From: the human T2T-CHM13v2.0 reference genome, Homo sapiens
Strand: one strand, 5' to 3'
DNA: 64,000 nucleotides
NCBI RefSeq assembly: GCF_009914755.1
Contig: NC_060939.1
In this document: positions 1-14,857 of the stretch, one piece after another
How the letters are laid out: every line of letters starts with the position of its first letter
How positions within the stretch are numbered: position 1 is the first letter of the stretch
The notes under the pieces: generated by a model
Database searches by the model: none
Told to the model about the DNA's origin: nothing
The model's input: the letters and a program-made list of their open reading frames with translations, nothing else
Translations under genes and position numbers: made by a program

Positions 1-531
1 CTATGTTCATGCCGAGAACATAACCTGTTGCCCACTCATCCTTTGGGTCCCTGTTTACATGGCACCTCCTCAAGGAACCCTTTGATTGCCCAAAATGAGT
101 TATATGCCTTTCGAAATGACCTCATAGAAACCTGTACTTTACCCTGTGATGGAAATCTTGCTGAGGTATAATTGCCCACTTACTTACCTTTGTCTGCCCT
201 TGGACAGTAAGCACCAGAAGGTCAAGGTGTAAGTAGATCTCATCACCTCTGCATCCTCACATCCAATACATATCCTGGCATATCAAAGCTCCACCATAAA
301 TATTGGCTGAATTAGCATATAAACACCCAGGCTTTAGAAATGAAGTCATGCCTCCATCTTTCTGCTTTCCCTTGCACCCTTCAGGGAGAGTAATCCTGCC
401 TAATCTCCAGTCCTGTGGATGGACTCTGTTTAAAATCCTTCCATGTCTTCTCCCTAATCATAGAATAAAGTCCAAATCCCTTAATATGACCTAAAAACTC
501 AATTCCGCTGGGTCCCTGTTCCATTACCACT

Positions 532-1059
532 TGTGGTAACCAGCCTCCAAGATGGCCCCCAATGACCCCAGCCTCCTGGTCTTCACATCTTTGTCCCTCC
601 CGCATTGTATCAATATTAGTCTGTGTGACCAACAGCACATAGTAGAAGTGACAACATACAACTCCTGCACTCAGGTCATAAAAGCCATCAAGTCTTCTGC
701 CTCTCTCTCTTGAGGATTGCTTACTCTACAGGAAGTTAGCTGCCATGTCATGAGCAACCCTATGGAGAGACCCATGTGGTGAGGAAGCAAAGTCTCTACA
801 GCAGTGAAGAACTGAAGCCTCCGGCCAACAGTCATACACCGGCACCTTTGTGGAAGCAGATCCTCCAACCCCAGTCAATCCTTCAAATTACTACAGCCCC
901 AACCAATATTTTGGTTGCAACCCCATGAGAGACCTTGAGCCAAAAATCACCAGCTAAGCCACTCCAGAATAGCTGACTCCAGAAATGATGAGATAATAAA
1001 TGATTACTGTCTTAAGCCACTGAGCTCTAGAGTAATTTATTATCCAGCAATAAATAGCA
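532..1059 (+). mobile_element. MaLR solo LTR (MLT1F-like)
   Basis: Starts TGTGGTAACCAGCCTCCAAGATGGCCCCCAATGACCCC, like the MLT1F 5' end; ends with the ...TTAAGCCACTGAG...AATTTATTATCCAGCAATA MLT1 3' motif. Confidence 0.8.
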
Positions 1060-1187
1060 TTCTAGCCCTGCCATAGCCCACTGCCCCTTGTGAGGCTTTT
1101 CTCAATTCCAGAACTATGCCAGGCCCCCTCTGGCCTGGGGCCCTTCTCACATGCTGTTTCTTTGCCTTTCTTCACCAGGACAATTGC

Positions 1188-1481
1188 TTTTTTTTTTTTT
1201 TAGATGGAATTTTGCTTTCGTCGCCCAGGCTGGAGTGCAATGGTATGATCTCGGCTCACCGCAACCTCTGATTCCCAGGTTCAAGCGATTCTCCTGCCTC
1301 AGCTTCCCGAGTAGCTGGGATTACAGGCATGCACCACCACGCCTGGCTAATTTTGTATTTTTAGTAGAGACAGGTTTTCTCCATGTTGGTTAGGCTGGTC
1401 TCAAACTCCCGACCTCAGGTGATCTGCCTGCCTTGGCCTCCCAAAGTGCTGGGATTACAGGCATGAGCCACCGCTCCCAGC
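1188..1481 (-). mobile_element. Alu (AluSp-like), full length
   Basis: Reverse-strand Alu with poly-T tail; Sp-type CCAACATGGAGAAA and GTTGCGGTGAG; TSD GACAATTGCTTTT at 1179-1191 and 1483-1495. Confidence 0.95.
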
Positions 1482-2073
1482 AGACAATTGCTTTTATGTA
1501 TCAGCATAAACAGCATTTCCTCAGTAGATTTCCCCATCTGCCCCACCAGATCAGGTCATCTTTCACCTACTTTAAGGACAGCAGGCATTTTTTCCTTCCT
1601 GGCATTTTTTACATCTATTATATCATTCAGTAACTAGCTGTGGAATGCCAAATGTGTGGCAAATGCTATGCTACGTAAAGGGGCAAAACAGGCATTATTC
1701 TGCCCTCATAAAGTTCAGAATCTAGAGTAGTTCTTCACTTAGTTATTAATACTTAATCATATACTTAATTACATGCAGTTGGTCATTTATAATTATTTGT
1801 TAATTTCTGTCTTTTCCACTGACATAAAATCCAGTGGGGTCAATGCCTCGATGTTCCCATGAGTGTCCCAGTGGGTAGCCAGGCATTAATTCATTCAGAG
1901 ACAGGCTACAGCAGAGGCCATGTCCATAATTCTCAGAGGACTGCTCAGCAAACCAAGGGTAGCACTGTTAGGAAACCACATCATCACAAAACTCATTCTG
2001 TCTTACTTCCCTAATGGACTATTTTGCCACACATTTTGTATGCTTTGTGGATCTTTTTCTTTTCTCTCTCTGA

Positions 2074-2413
<340 letters not shown>

Positions 2414-2787
2414 GAAATTTGGTCTCTTACCCTTCTGCACTCTCTCTTTCCTTAGGTGGAAAATGAGTCAGATAAGATGATTATGAAAGCCCTTCCAGAG
2501 CACTGAGCTTCTATTTAAAATTCTTCAAAATTAAAGCGTTAGAACCAGCCTTTCTCATTACATTTGTATAGAACATTTAATTTTGTCTAAGTGCTATTCT
2601 GTTATTTTACTTGATTCTCAAAATAAACTAATGCTGATATAATTTATCTCATGTTACAGTTAAAGAAATGGACACCTAGAAACATATGAGAATTTGAGAT
2701 CTAAGATATTTCCTCCTTAATCACAAAATAGCCTTTCTCTGAATACCATATTCATGCTTCAAAAAGGCACTATATTTCTCCCTCCAT

Positions 2788-3544
<757 letters not shown>

Positions 3545-4019
3545 ACAGGTAAGAGATTGAGCACCAGAGTCCTAAAATAAATCCCTGTCCTCAAAGTCTC
3601 AGACTGCTTGTGAGCAGCTATATAATAAGAATTTGTATACCTGGGACATTGAGTGAGCACAGAGGAGAAAATGCATAAGCTTCATCGTGCTGCATTATGG
3701 ATTAACTTATAAAAAATAGGATTCCTTTAAAATATCGAAACGATGAATTTTAACTTACTCCCAGAGGCTGTTGCTCCTTAGCCTCTTTCCCTGGCTCCAC
3801 CTCCCCAACCACCCCCAGAGCTCTGTCCTTAGACCTTCTCTATTCATTCCAACTCATCTTCCCAGTTACAGCCATCATTCAATGACAATCCACATGCTAC
3901 CAACTCCCAAATATTTATATGAAGTTCCAACTTCTTTAAGCCATAAAACTGTGTTACCAATTGCCTACCAGACAGCTCCACCAGGATACCCAATGGACAC
4001 ACCATGCCTAAATACAACC

Positions 4020-4556
4020 AAAAGGGGCCCCTGGACTCCATGCTTTAAAGTGACCCCATGTGGCTCTCCTCTGGGTGTGACCCTCCCTACATAATGAGGA
4101 TCTTATGGGACAAAAGAACCTGCCCACCCAGAGCCCATGCCCCCACTTCCAAACCATGTTCCAGGTACCCAGGATCCACGTCCAGAGCCTACACAGTCCT
4201 TCTTCCTTGGTTGATTCTCCTAAGGGCAAGCTGCACCACCTTGTACACATCCCAAGGTGTGAGAGTGGGTCTTTGTTGGGAGTATGGATAGAGCTTGCAG
4301 ACTGGAGTATGGATACATAGTGCATGATAGAGACAGAGATGAAAAGGAAAGGAGGATGGGTCATGGGTCTGAGCATTTTCACATAGCTGCATTCTTGCAT
4401 GAAGCTCAGAGGAGCCCAAGAATTCTACATCCACACATATGCAAGTACATGGGAGAATATAACATTTTATTCAGCTACGTATTGGCTTGATTTATAACTT
4501 TTTAATATTTAGACATGTGGGATGCCAGCCTCTGTATGTACCATTTAACCAAGGCC
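4020..4556. mobile_element. Possible ancient hAT-type DNA transposon remnant
   Basis: GGCTTGATTTATAACTTTTTAATATTTAGACATG segment resembles old hAT-Tip100 non-autonomous elements; family and left boundary uncertain. Confidence 0.3.
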
Positions 4557-4662
4557 TAAATATAGTGCCATTTAGGCTTATATATGCCTAAACTATAAGC
4601 AGAGATCCTGGACACTGCAGTTTTAACATATCCAAAACCAAACCAATCTTTTCCTCCCCACC

Positions 4663-5173
4663 TGTCTTAGCTTAGGGTGCTTGAAAAGTAGAGCCTAAAA
4701 TAAGAACTTACACAAAAGTAGTTAACTTGAGAGGTGATTCTAGGGAGCAGAACTGCATGAGTGAAGAGGCTGAGACAGGGAAGAAGAAAAGCCAACATAA
4801 GAGTGTATTATGGAGGCTCCACTGTGGGCAAGAGAGCTTGATTCTGCCAGAGTTTCTGCAAAGGTACAGAATGCCTTAAGATTGACCACCCAAAGGATGG
4901 AAGTGGCAGCATTTACCCTTTAGTTCCTTCTACTACTGATTGATGACTGTACTGGGAATGTTAACCCCCTCAAAGTTTATTTGCTTGTATTCAGAAAGCC
5001 CCAAGGCATGAAATGAAGACCAGGGCACTCACAGGAGGCAAGATGCTCTCGCACAAAGTGTATTGAAGCTGCCCTAGAATGGTTTGCCCTAGAATGGTTT
5101 GCCCCAGCCATGGTCAAAAACAGAGAGGATGCCAAAAGGATATGAATCAGACACCAGATATGTTTGATGTACC
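4663..5173 (-). mobile_element. ERVL LTR (LTR16-like)
   Basis: TGTCTTAGCTTAGGG...AAAGTAGAGCCTAAAATAAG...AAGTAGTTAACTTGAGAGGTGATTCTAGGGA resembles the reverse LTR16 terminus. Confidence 0.6.
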
Positions 5174-5710
5174 ACCCTATTTCCCTTCCTCCCTCCCAGC
5201 TAAACTTCTATCTTCTCCTGTATTCAATTTTTATTAATAATGCCACTAGCCAAATGGGTCTCCCAAGGTGAGAATACTGGAGTCAGCCTCACGTCCCCTC
5301 CATCACCCAGTCACAAAATCTTGACAATTCTACCTTGGAAATGTTTCTCAGCTGGAGCTCTTCCACTGCATTCCCCTCCAAGTGACTTAGTTTAAGTTCC
5401 AGCTCAATTGCAAGAGCTTCATACCCAGGTCTGCTAGTGGAGGATTTCTTGGAGCTGTCTCCTGCAGGCAGCCTTAACTGACTTTTAATAGAGCCTCCCT
5501 CTGCTCCATCTTTTCCAATGCTAGTCTCATCTATACACTGCTACATGTACTATCTCTTATCATGTAAATATTCTGTTTTAGGACTTCCACTACTCCCTAT
5601 TGGTACAAAATCAAGTCAGAATTCCACACCCAGCCTACAACATCCTTCTCTCTCTTTCCAAACTTCTCCCACTCCAAGCTCATCACCCAGAGTCTTTCTC
5701 TCTGTTTTTG

Positions 5711-5752
<42 letters not shown>
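5711..5752. repeat. (TC)n(CA)n compound microsatellite
   Basis: Seen directly. Confidence 0.97.
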
Positions 5753-5755
<3 letters not shown>

Positions 5756-6313
5756 ACACACTACACTTCAGTCACACCCAACTTCTCACTATTCTCAAAC
5801 CAGCCATTTCCTTTCATGCCTCCATACTGTCGTTCATGTTGTTTCTCAGGCTAGAAATTATTTCTGCCGCCACCACTCCCTCATACATACCTAAACAATC
5901 TGATAAATCCTCATGGATCCGTCAAGACCCAACTAAAACACCACCTTTTCTTACTCCTGCAGGCTGATTCAGTGTTCCTATCCCTGCTAGAGGACTTATA
6001 TCATGGTATAATTATGTGCTTGCATGACTCTCTCCATCTTTAGAAGCTCCTCCAGGTCAGGGACTAGTGTTTTATTCATCTTTGTATTCTCGGTACCCAG
6101 CACAGTGGTTGGCACAAAACGAGGTGACATGATTGTTAGAGGAATGCAAGAATGAGCACTTCTGAGTAAAACTAAGAACAACTGGGGTATGTACCTCCTA
6201 ACATACCTCTCATTTAAAAGGCATTTGAACAGAGACACTTAAAAAAGGGGGAATTCAAAAGGTAAATCGTGCTGAACAGAGTCAAAGTCTGAGAAGTAAA
6301 TTAGACTGAAAAT

Positions 6314-6407
6314 CAGCTCAGTCATTGATGTTACTTGTGGAAATACCAGCGAGGTGTTAATGTGGTATTTAACACATCAACAACAAGTAACAGCACAGAC
6401 TGAACTG
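6314..6407. repeat. Imperfect inverted repeat / hairpin
   Basis: Arms 6314-6338 and 6383-6407 pair at 21 of 25 positions; inner stem AAATACCA/TGGTATTT. Confidence 0.85.
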
Positions 6408-6957
6408 CAATAGGTGGGGCTAATGCTATGAAAATGACTTAGTGCAGCCTATATTTAAGAGGAAGAAATAAACAGCAAAATGCTTAGAATCAGCTCTATG
6501 TTGGTTTAATCCTAATGACAATGTATGCATTACACTTACTTATTTAAAGCCTTGCCCTATAGAATATTGTACAATTGATAGCTGTAATGTAAAATTAGCT
6601 CATTTCTGTTTGGGTCCAAATTAACAAGCACATATTGCCTCTATGAAAGGGCTCTGTGAAGCATTTGGAATTATGATTGTAGAACCAAGGGTAAGTAGAG
6701 TGATATTCCCAAGTTAAGGGGGCCAAGGACCTGTACAATAGGAAGAGCAACCAAGATAGTACTTGCCATCCAGAAAATTCCTACTAATAGCCAAGAGGAG
6801 TAAGTGCAGACCAATAAGTAGAGAATCAGGGGCTTCTGTTGCAGAACTAGAGATGTGGGCAATGGAATGGAGAAGTAGGGCCACATCACCACACAATGTC
6901 CCACATCATAGAGAGGTGAAAATATTTTACTGACAACTGTAAATAAAAGTAATTGTT

Positions 6958-7275
<318 letters not shown>

Positions 7276-7631
7276 TTAAAGTAAATGAAATCAACTATGT
7301 AAATATAAACATTCCTCACCATCCTATTTGCTCCATCAGAGTGTAATTATACATTTTCTTTTATAGATATAGAAAAAAAGTGATGAGACCCTGTTCATAG
7401 AAATGTCTGTTCCTACCGTGTCCAAGTAATCTTTGTTTCCTAGCAAAACTCTTCTATGAAGTACATCACATAAAATATTACTCCATCCATTTCATCTCTG
7501 TTTCCTATGATGGGACGATGGCACTGCTATAAATAAATATAAGGGGAACCACAGTTGATTCTATCCTCAGCAGAACAAAATTTTGCTTTGTTATGTATCT
7601 ACTGGTATGAGATATGGAAGATGAAAATTTC

Positions 7632-7930
<299 letters not shown>

Positions 7931-8987
7931 TCGGAAGATGAAAATTTCAGTGATGCTTGAAACTTTTACTCTACTGGGTTTCAGACATTCATTTCCCATC
8001 AATTTTAAATTGCTTCATTCTCCCAACTAGGAAACTTCCAAGTCATCTGAGGTGAGTCTGGTAATAGTTACTCACTGTATGTTATAAGCAGCACGACTTT
8101 TCATATTAGTTACTGCACACTGAGTCATCTCTACAGTGCTTGAAATTAAAGTCAGATCACCAAGGAAGTGGAGGACATTCCACATGTATCCCTCTGCTAC
8201 AGGATAAGATCCACCTTACTCTCCTCACTTAAGTCAGTCAGGAATTAAATGTAACAAGACAAAATGATATGACAAGGACAGTCAAGAGATTCACATCATC
8301 AGCTGTTTCCATCTGTCTAGAGGCAGGTGGAAAAAATGCAGGTTTTAATAGAATAGATTTAATTTAATAGATTTAAATAAGCTATAAGTTAAAATTCTGA
8401 GTGTAGGGCTGTTAAATATAGATATGGATGACTAAGAAAAATGGAATCATCCTAAGTAAATTCCAAAAATAGAAGTGGTGTTCACCAGGCTGGGCTTGTT
8501 TTGCTATTATTTGGCTAAAGAAGTGTAAGAGAAAACGAATGTTAAGTTCAAGATTATAGCTTCACAGTGAGCTAAGTAAATTATAACTACAGTATAACAT
8601 AAGCTATATTAGGGCATGGCCTCAATTTCATGCATATCCTCTCAGTCCCATAGTCCCTAATAAATAGTAGCTCTCATTACATAAGTTATCGTTCCTCTTG
8701 TGTTCTGATCTTTTAGTGACTCTTTTTGGAACAGGATTTGTAGAGACTCCTATATGAGTCAAGCAGACAGAGTGGAACTCTGTTTCTTACTTCTGCCATC
8801 CCTATTTTCTCATTCTAGAGTATACCCCACAGGTATAGATTACTCTATAGCAACCAAGCACATACTTGAACTTCCATGGCAGTTTATCTTTTGTGATAAT
8901 CATACTGATAAGTAAACAGAATATTTGCCTTGACAAGTAAACTCAGTGGCATCCAGCCCAGATTATATAATGGAACCAAATTCTCGA

Positions 8988-9520
8988 CTGTTCTTAATGT
9001 TTTGCATAACAAATTGCCACAAACTTAGCTACACAAACACCACATATTATTATCTCAGTCTTCGTGGGTCAGAAGTCTGGGCACGAATTAGCTGGTCCTC
9101 TGCTCAGTTTCAAAGGCTGCAGTCAAGGCATTAGCTGGGCCACATTCTCATCAAAGGTTCAACTAGGGAAAAATCCACTTCCAAGTTCATCCCAGTTGTT
9201 GACAGAATTCATCTCTTTGCAGCTACATGACTGGAGCCTCAGCTCTTCACTGACTGTCCTCAGGTTCCAGGGGCCACCTGCAGTTCCTTGCCACATGGAT
9301 TTCTCCAGCATAGCTGTGTACTTCATCAAGGCACAAGGAGAGTCTCCAGTCTACCAGAGCCCTATGTAATGTAACATAATCAACAAAGTGACGTCCCATT
9401 CATATTCAATTGGTCAGAAGCAAGTTACAGTCCCCACCCAGGTCAGAGGGAGGAGATATGACAAAGAAGTAAACATCAGGAGGCTGGGACAATGGGGATA
9501 CTTAAGGTCCATCCTGCTAC
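8988..9520 (-). mobile_element. MaLR LTR (MLT1F/G-like)
   Basis: GCATAACAAATTGCCACAAACTTAG...GGGTCAGAAGTCTGGGCAC...AGCTGG motifs of a reverse MLT1. Confidence 0.75.
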
Positions 9521-9632
9521 AACTTCCACAATGGCGTCTTGACCATGAGGGCTCCACAGACACTGAAGCGGTCACCCAGGCTGCAAGTCTTGGAGGCATT
9601 CTCTAGGAATCACAGTCCCATTCTTCTGCAGG

Positions 9633-10200
9633 CAAACGGAGTCGCCATATGACCCAGTAAGTTTACTCTTAGGTACATTCCCTAGAGAAATAAAAATATA
9701 TGTCCGTGCAAAAACATGTATGTGAGTGTTCGTAGCAGTGTTATTCATAATAGCCAAAAGGTGGAAACAAGCCAAATGTTTGTCAACTGATGAATGGAGA
9801 AATAAAATGTGGTATAACCATACAATGGAACATTAAACAGGAATAAAAAGAAATGGAATGCTGAGACATGCAACAACATGGATGAACCTCAAGTACATTA
9901 TGCTAAAAGAAAGAAGCCGGTCACAAAGGACCACAGCTTGCATGATTCCATTTATACAAAATGTCCAGAATAGGCAGATCTACAGACTGGAAGTAGAACA
10001 GGGATTGCCAAGGGCTGTGGGAAGGGAAAAGTGGGGAACAATGCTAATGGGTAAGAGCTTTCTTTATGGGATAATAAAATGTTCCAAATTTAGATTGTGG
10101 TGATAGTTGCACAATTCTGTGAAAATACTAACAATTTTTAATGGGCGACTATTATGGCATGTGAATTATATCTCAGTAAATCTTTTTTTATTAAAAAACA
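9633..10200 (+). mobile_element. L1M (L1MB/MC-type) 3' fragment
   Basis: CCATATGACCCAG...TTATTCATAATAGCCAAAAGGTGGAAAC...ACATGGATGAACCTC...TGATTCCATTTATA typical of the L1M ORF2 end/3'UTR. Confidence 0.88.
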
Positions 10201-13200
10201 AAAAAGACCCACAAGTTTTGTCATGAAAAATTAAATCTAAAACATATTGCTTAGATACTAAAATATTGAAATATTCACATTTCTCTGGCATTTAAATGAT
10301 GTGTAAGAACTATAAATATCCAAAATTAGGATCATCTCAGAAAATCTATGCTGCAGTAAGATCTCTTCATAGTACACACACGGAGAGGCAAAAACCAGGT
10401 ACTGTACATAGATGACAAGTGGTTTTCCCAAGGGCCCAGCAAAAATAATTTAGTTTTGCCATAACATGTGCCAGAATCCATTTCCACATTTTTTGATGAA
10501 GATCTCTTCCTTTTCCCTCATTAATTCAAATATTAAATAGGTACTGGTATGGTTTGATAAAACAATAATTTCCAAAATTACTCTGTGTTTTAGAATATGA
10601 AAGTTTAACAGACAGCACTAAGGCTATCCTCTCCTGTGTAGTTTAACAGGCAACAGCTCCAGATACCTTTAAGCAAAAGCATACCGGCTTTTTAAGGTGA
10701 GGTTCAGCAGGGATCTAGAGAGCTAATAGAGCCAGAAATCTTAGCCAGACAAAGACACCTGCTAATACCAGTTTACAGGTAAGTTTAAACTGATACTAAT
10801 ATAGAGATGTATTTTACACATTGATTGACATGCCCATTTATAAGTTCCCTTTCCATCCAACCTACCTAGCACTTCCATATACCCTACTGCCCAGACCCAC
10901 ATGGAAAGGTTTTATCCTGAGAAACAGTAACTAACCAGAGGCTTTACATATCTGAGTCATTTAACTGCTGCAGACGTGCTACAGTTTTACAAGGCAGTGG
11001 TATTTCCTGTAACTTCTTTAGTGTTCTAGTTGATGCCTGCTCTGTTCCCATCCCTTATCACTTAATGGAAGAAGGAAAAAAATAAAAGTGCATTATATCC
11101 CTCGAAGCAATCTAGGGATTTCAAATACAACAATACACCTTTTCATTCAGTGCTGTTACCTAATATCTGGGTGACTTCCTAAGGTTTCACCAGAGAAAAA
11201 GATAGGCCTTTTTCTTAGCTGCAGAATATCCTTTTTAAAAAAAAAAAAATCACCATTTTAGGCACATTCATTCCCAGAGGTCCAGGGAGCCAGTTAAGCT
11301 AAAGTGAAGGTCCCACTGCTTCATGGCTCCCAGCAGTCATCTAAACTAGGAACTTCATCCATTTTCATAGCCCTTTGGTGAAAAGTAAAAGGGTAAGCCA
11401 TTCTGTCCCCTTGAGCAAGGACTGCACCTTAGCCAGCTCTGACGTGTTTTGACCAAATTTCTAAGAAATCTATGGTAAAGAGGGCTTCTCCAACCACATC
11501 CCCAGGATACTATCTGTGCAGTGACCATTCTCAATCAAGCTCAAGCTCTTTGGCACCATCCCTTGAATGTATGCAAAGTCTCCTTTCACTCCTAGCTAGT
11601 CTTGAGAAAAATGTAAAGTGAAATAGGATTCTTTTCAGATTCCACTGAACTATCACTAGGAATTTTAACAATCTTTGGGTGCTACTATGTTTTTAAAATT
11701 CCTAAAGATATGACCAAGGATAAAACCAAATGTTTCTGCAATGTTCACATTATGGGGTCCTCTTCATAGTCATGTATCCTCTTCTTATTTTTAATCTCCC
11801 CCACTAAACAAAGACATTTTCCTGGTATAGACTATCTCCTCATTGGAAAATGCCTATTGCCCCAGTATATGACACAGTGGGAGGATGGGAGAGGAGGAGC
11901 AGTGGGGAAGCTGAGCCCACAGAAGGCATCTAACTAAAGCCTGTGGTCACAGTCGCAAAGCATAGCTCGACACATCTCTCTGGAGTGATCACTGCAACCT
12001 CTTCTAGCTCTAAAATTCCCCCCACGTTCCCACTCCTCCTCCGAGGCCCCACCTTCAGGGATGCTGGTGCCGAACAGTCTCAGAGAATCTCAAGCCCAAC
12101 ACCCTGTCTGCAGTTCTGCTTTATTGTTCCTCTCAGGCTGGCTGCTTACAAAATTGTTTGTTCTCCCACTTCCTTTGTCACTACTTCCTCTGGCAGCCAA
12201 AACAAGCAGCATTAGGGCAACACACCAATCCCACAACTGGAAAACAAGAAAGAAAATGAACATCTCACTGCATACATGTGGCACAGACACACAAAAACTC
12301 AACTTCTGGAGGAAAAGACAAAAGGTATTCTCTCTGTGCCTGTTTTTCTTCCCTCCTTCCCCAGCCTTATCTTTCTTCCCCATCCCACAACAAAACACAG
12401 AGGGTTTCTTCAGCCTGGGATCCCTGCCAGGGGGTCAAGGATGCTGGCGGCTCCCAGCTCACAGTCCTTCCTGAGAGGCTGGCATTTGATGGCCAGGGCT
12501 GGGCGTCCAGGTTCAAGGTCATCCACGAGAACACTGGTGTGTGTACCATTGGTGGAACCCTGCAGGGAGGTTCCAGGAGCCTCTCTCATCTAAGGATTCC
12601 CTTTCCCCACAATGGATCCACTGACGGGCCTTCAGAAATTATAATCTGCTGGTGAGAACAAGCATGAGTGTAGGGAAAAGCCCTTCACTGGGAGAAAATT
12701 GACCTCATTCTGATCCATTTCTTCCATTGCCTGCTTGTCCCCATTCGCCCCCACCAGGGTGAGGTTAGGCAGAACATTTAAGCCAGGAGGCTTTTGCTGT
12801 TAAATAGAGAAACTAAATCCTGACCTGACTAAAAGCAAAGTCAGGGCCCTGTGACAGTCTGAAGTCCCCTTCAGTTCCAGTATCAACAATTCCATGATAG
12901 TGAACGCCAAGGATGGCAAACCCAATTACCAAGAGGGCACGTGACACAAATAGGTGACACCAGCTGGAGGATTCATGCTGCATCTAAAGGGACAGCCACT
13001 ATTTAGCTCCAGTAGAATTTTGGCATTGAAGAATCTAGACTTGGTTTTGCCAGAAATTCTGTATTACAAGAGAAGGCAGAAATATGATGAGGTTTTTGTA
13101 CCTGTGAAATATCCTGATTTTAAAATTTTGACAACTAATTCAGCAACTTGACAATTCTATGAAAGCCAAACAAGCCATATCTTCTGGACCTTTCAACCCA

Positions 13201-13526
13201 CACAAGTTTGTAACCTCTGTCTCAAAGCAACTCTCAACTCCATATGACCCAGTCGAGGGTGATGTGGTGAGTAGCCTCATTAAAATCTCTATGAGAAGCT
13301 TTTTCAACTAACCAAGCTCCCACTTACAATATATCTCTAGGCACATATTCCCAAACCCCCAGTCCTTGCTTTGCCCTTGGAAATTATTGTATGACATTGC
13401 ATTATACATGTGAATGTTGTGACAACAGAAAAAGATGGACAATCACTAGAAAGGAAGAGCTTATGTTCATTTGGACCACACAGTTTTACAAAGTGTTTTC
13501 ATGTACATTTCATATCCCTATTTTTA

Positions 13527-13643
13527 AAGAAAAAGAAGGAAGGAAGGGAGGGAGGGAAGGGGAAGGGAGGGAGGGAAGGGTAGGGGAGGGGAGGGAAGAA
13601 GGGAGGGGAGGGGAGGGGAGGGAAGAAGGGAAGGGAAGAGAGA
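13527..13643. repeat. Polypurine (GGGA/GGAA) low-complexity tract
   Basis: ~115 bp of almost pure G/A with many G3-G4 runs. Confidence 0.95.
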
Positions 13644-13998
13644 CAAATTACAGCTCAGTCATTAAGTCACTTGCCCGAAGCCACATAGCTGGCAAGTGGA
13701 ATTCAATCCAAGATCTTCCAATGTGGAACTTTTGAGAGGCCCCTGGATACCTACCCAAAGACCTTTAGCATAACAGTCCTGGCCCATGTTCCCTTCTTCT
13801 AGGCCCTGGTCTTGCTTGGCTTTCTGGATGTTCTCAACCTTGACATGACTCCTTATTCTCCAATTCATTTGGACCTCAAGACACTACTACTCTGGCTACA
13901 GCCGGTAAGAGCTATATATACTATGGCTAGACCATTGCCTATAGTGAAGATAGTGGTTTCCCCAAATGAAATGGATATTGCCACTATTGATCATCCTA

Positions 13999-14033
<35 letters not shown>

Positions 14034-14416
14034 CAGGGGGGAAAAAAGGAAAGAATCCCTCTCTGTTGGGGGGTTGACTGGGGATCCATTCAGTGGGTCA
14101 GATTTTGGACTTGGGAAAAGAGGTCAAGAAAATTACCACTGGTAAGGTAGACTGGCCCTTTCACCACGACATGACTAGGGACTGAAGAGAGAGGAAGGCA
14201 GTGAGGAACTCCCTGCATGAAGCATGGCTAATGGATCTGTGATAGCTGATGTGAGGCTTTAAATTTGCTTTTGCTTCATTGGAAACCCCTGTTATCCTCA
14301 AACTTTCAGTATAATGTTTTAAATACTACAACCTTGTCTTACTTATATTATTTACACTTGGGAGAATTACCATACACACTTGGAGTGAAGTGATTCCAGG
14401 AAAATGGAAAACATTC

Positions 14417-14857
14417 TGCTGGATATCTTCTGATTCTCCCTCCAATCTCCTCTCCATCCTTCTCCACCCTGCTCTGTGCCCTGCCAAGCTGATCTGTATA
14501 GACTACATCTTTGGGCCTCTTTGCTCTCAGGCTTCTAGTTGGGTTCATCTAAGGGGGAGATTGGTAGGAAGGAAGGAGGGAAGAGTCTGAGGTTAGGGTA
14601 TTTATTCCTCCAGTTCTCTCACCATAGGGTTATTAGGTACTGGCTGAATCCCTACAGCTTCTGCCAAATGGTCTTCTCCATGCATTGTTCTCTGTCTTTG
14701 CATTCTGGTGACTGCTCCCTTCTATAATGGAAACTCAGGTTTCCAGTCCTGGGGTGCTACATCCTACTGACCCTTTCATAAATTGGCCTTTTATTAAACT
14801 CTTCAAATTACCCAACTGAGTGGATATCTGTTTCCTGCCAAGATCCTGACTGACACA
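14417..14857 (+). mobile_element. ERVL LTR (LTR33-like)
   Basis: TGCTGG...CTTCTCCACCCTGCTCTGTGCCC start; TTTATTAAACTCTTCAAATTACCC...TGTTTCCTGCCAAGATCCTGACTGACACA end. Confidence 0.75.

Noticed and set aside
5518-5967. 149-aa ORF
   Set aside because: Runs through a (CA)n repeat and L2-like decayed sequence; low complexity.
6318-6403. C/D-box snoRNA interpretation of the hairpin
   Set aside because: The box C candidate is TTGATGT, not RTGATGA, and the CTGA lies inside the stem.
12278-12655. Protein-like ORF segment (RFKVIHENTGVCTIGG) with possible plus-strand splice sites
   Set aside because: No recognisable family, no partner exons, overlapping ORFs on both strands; cannot be supported.
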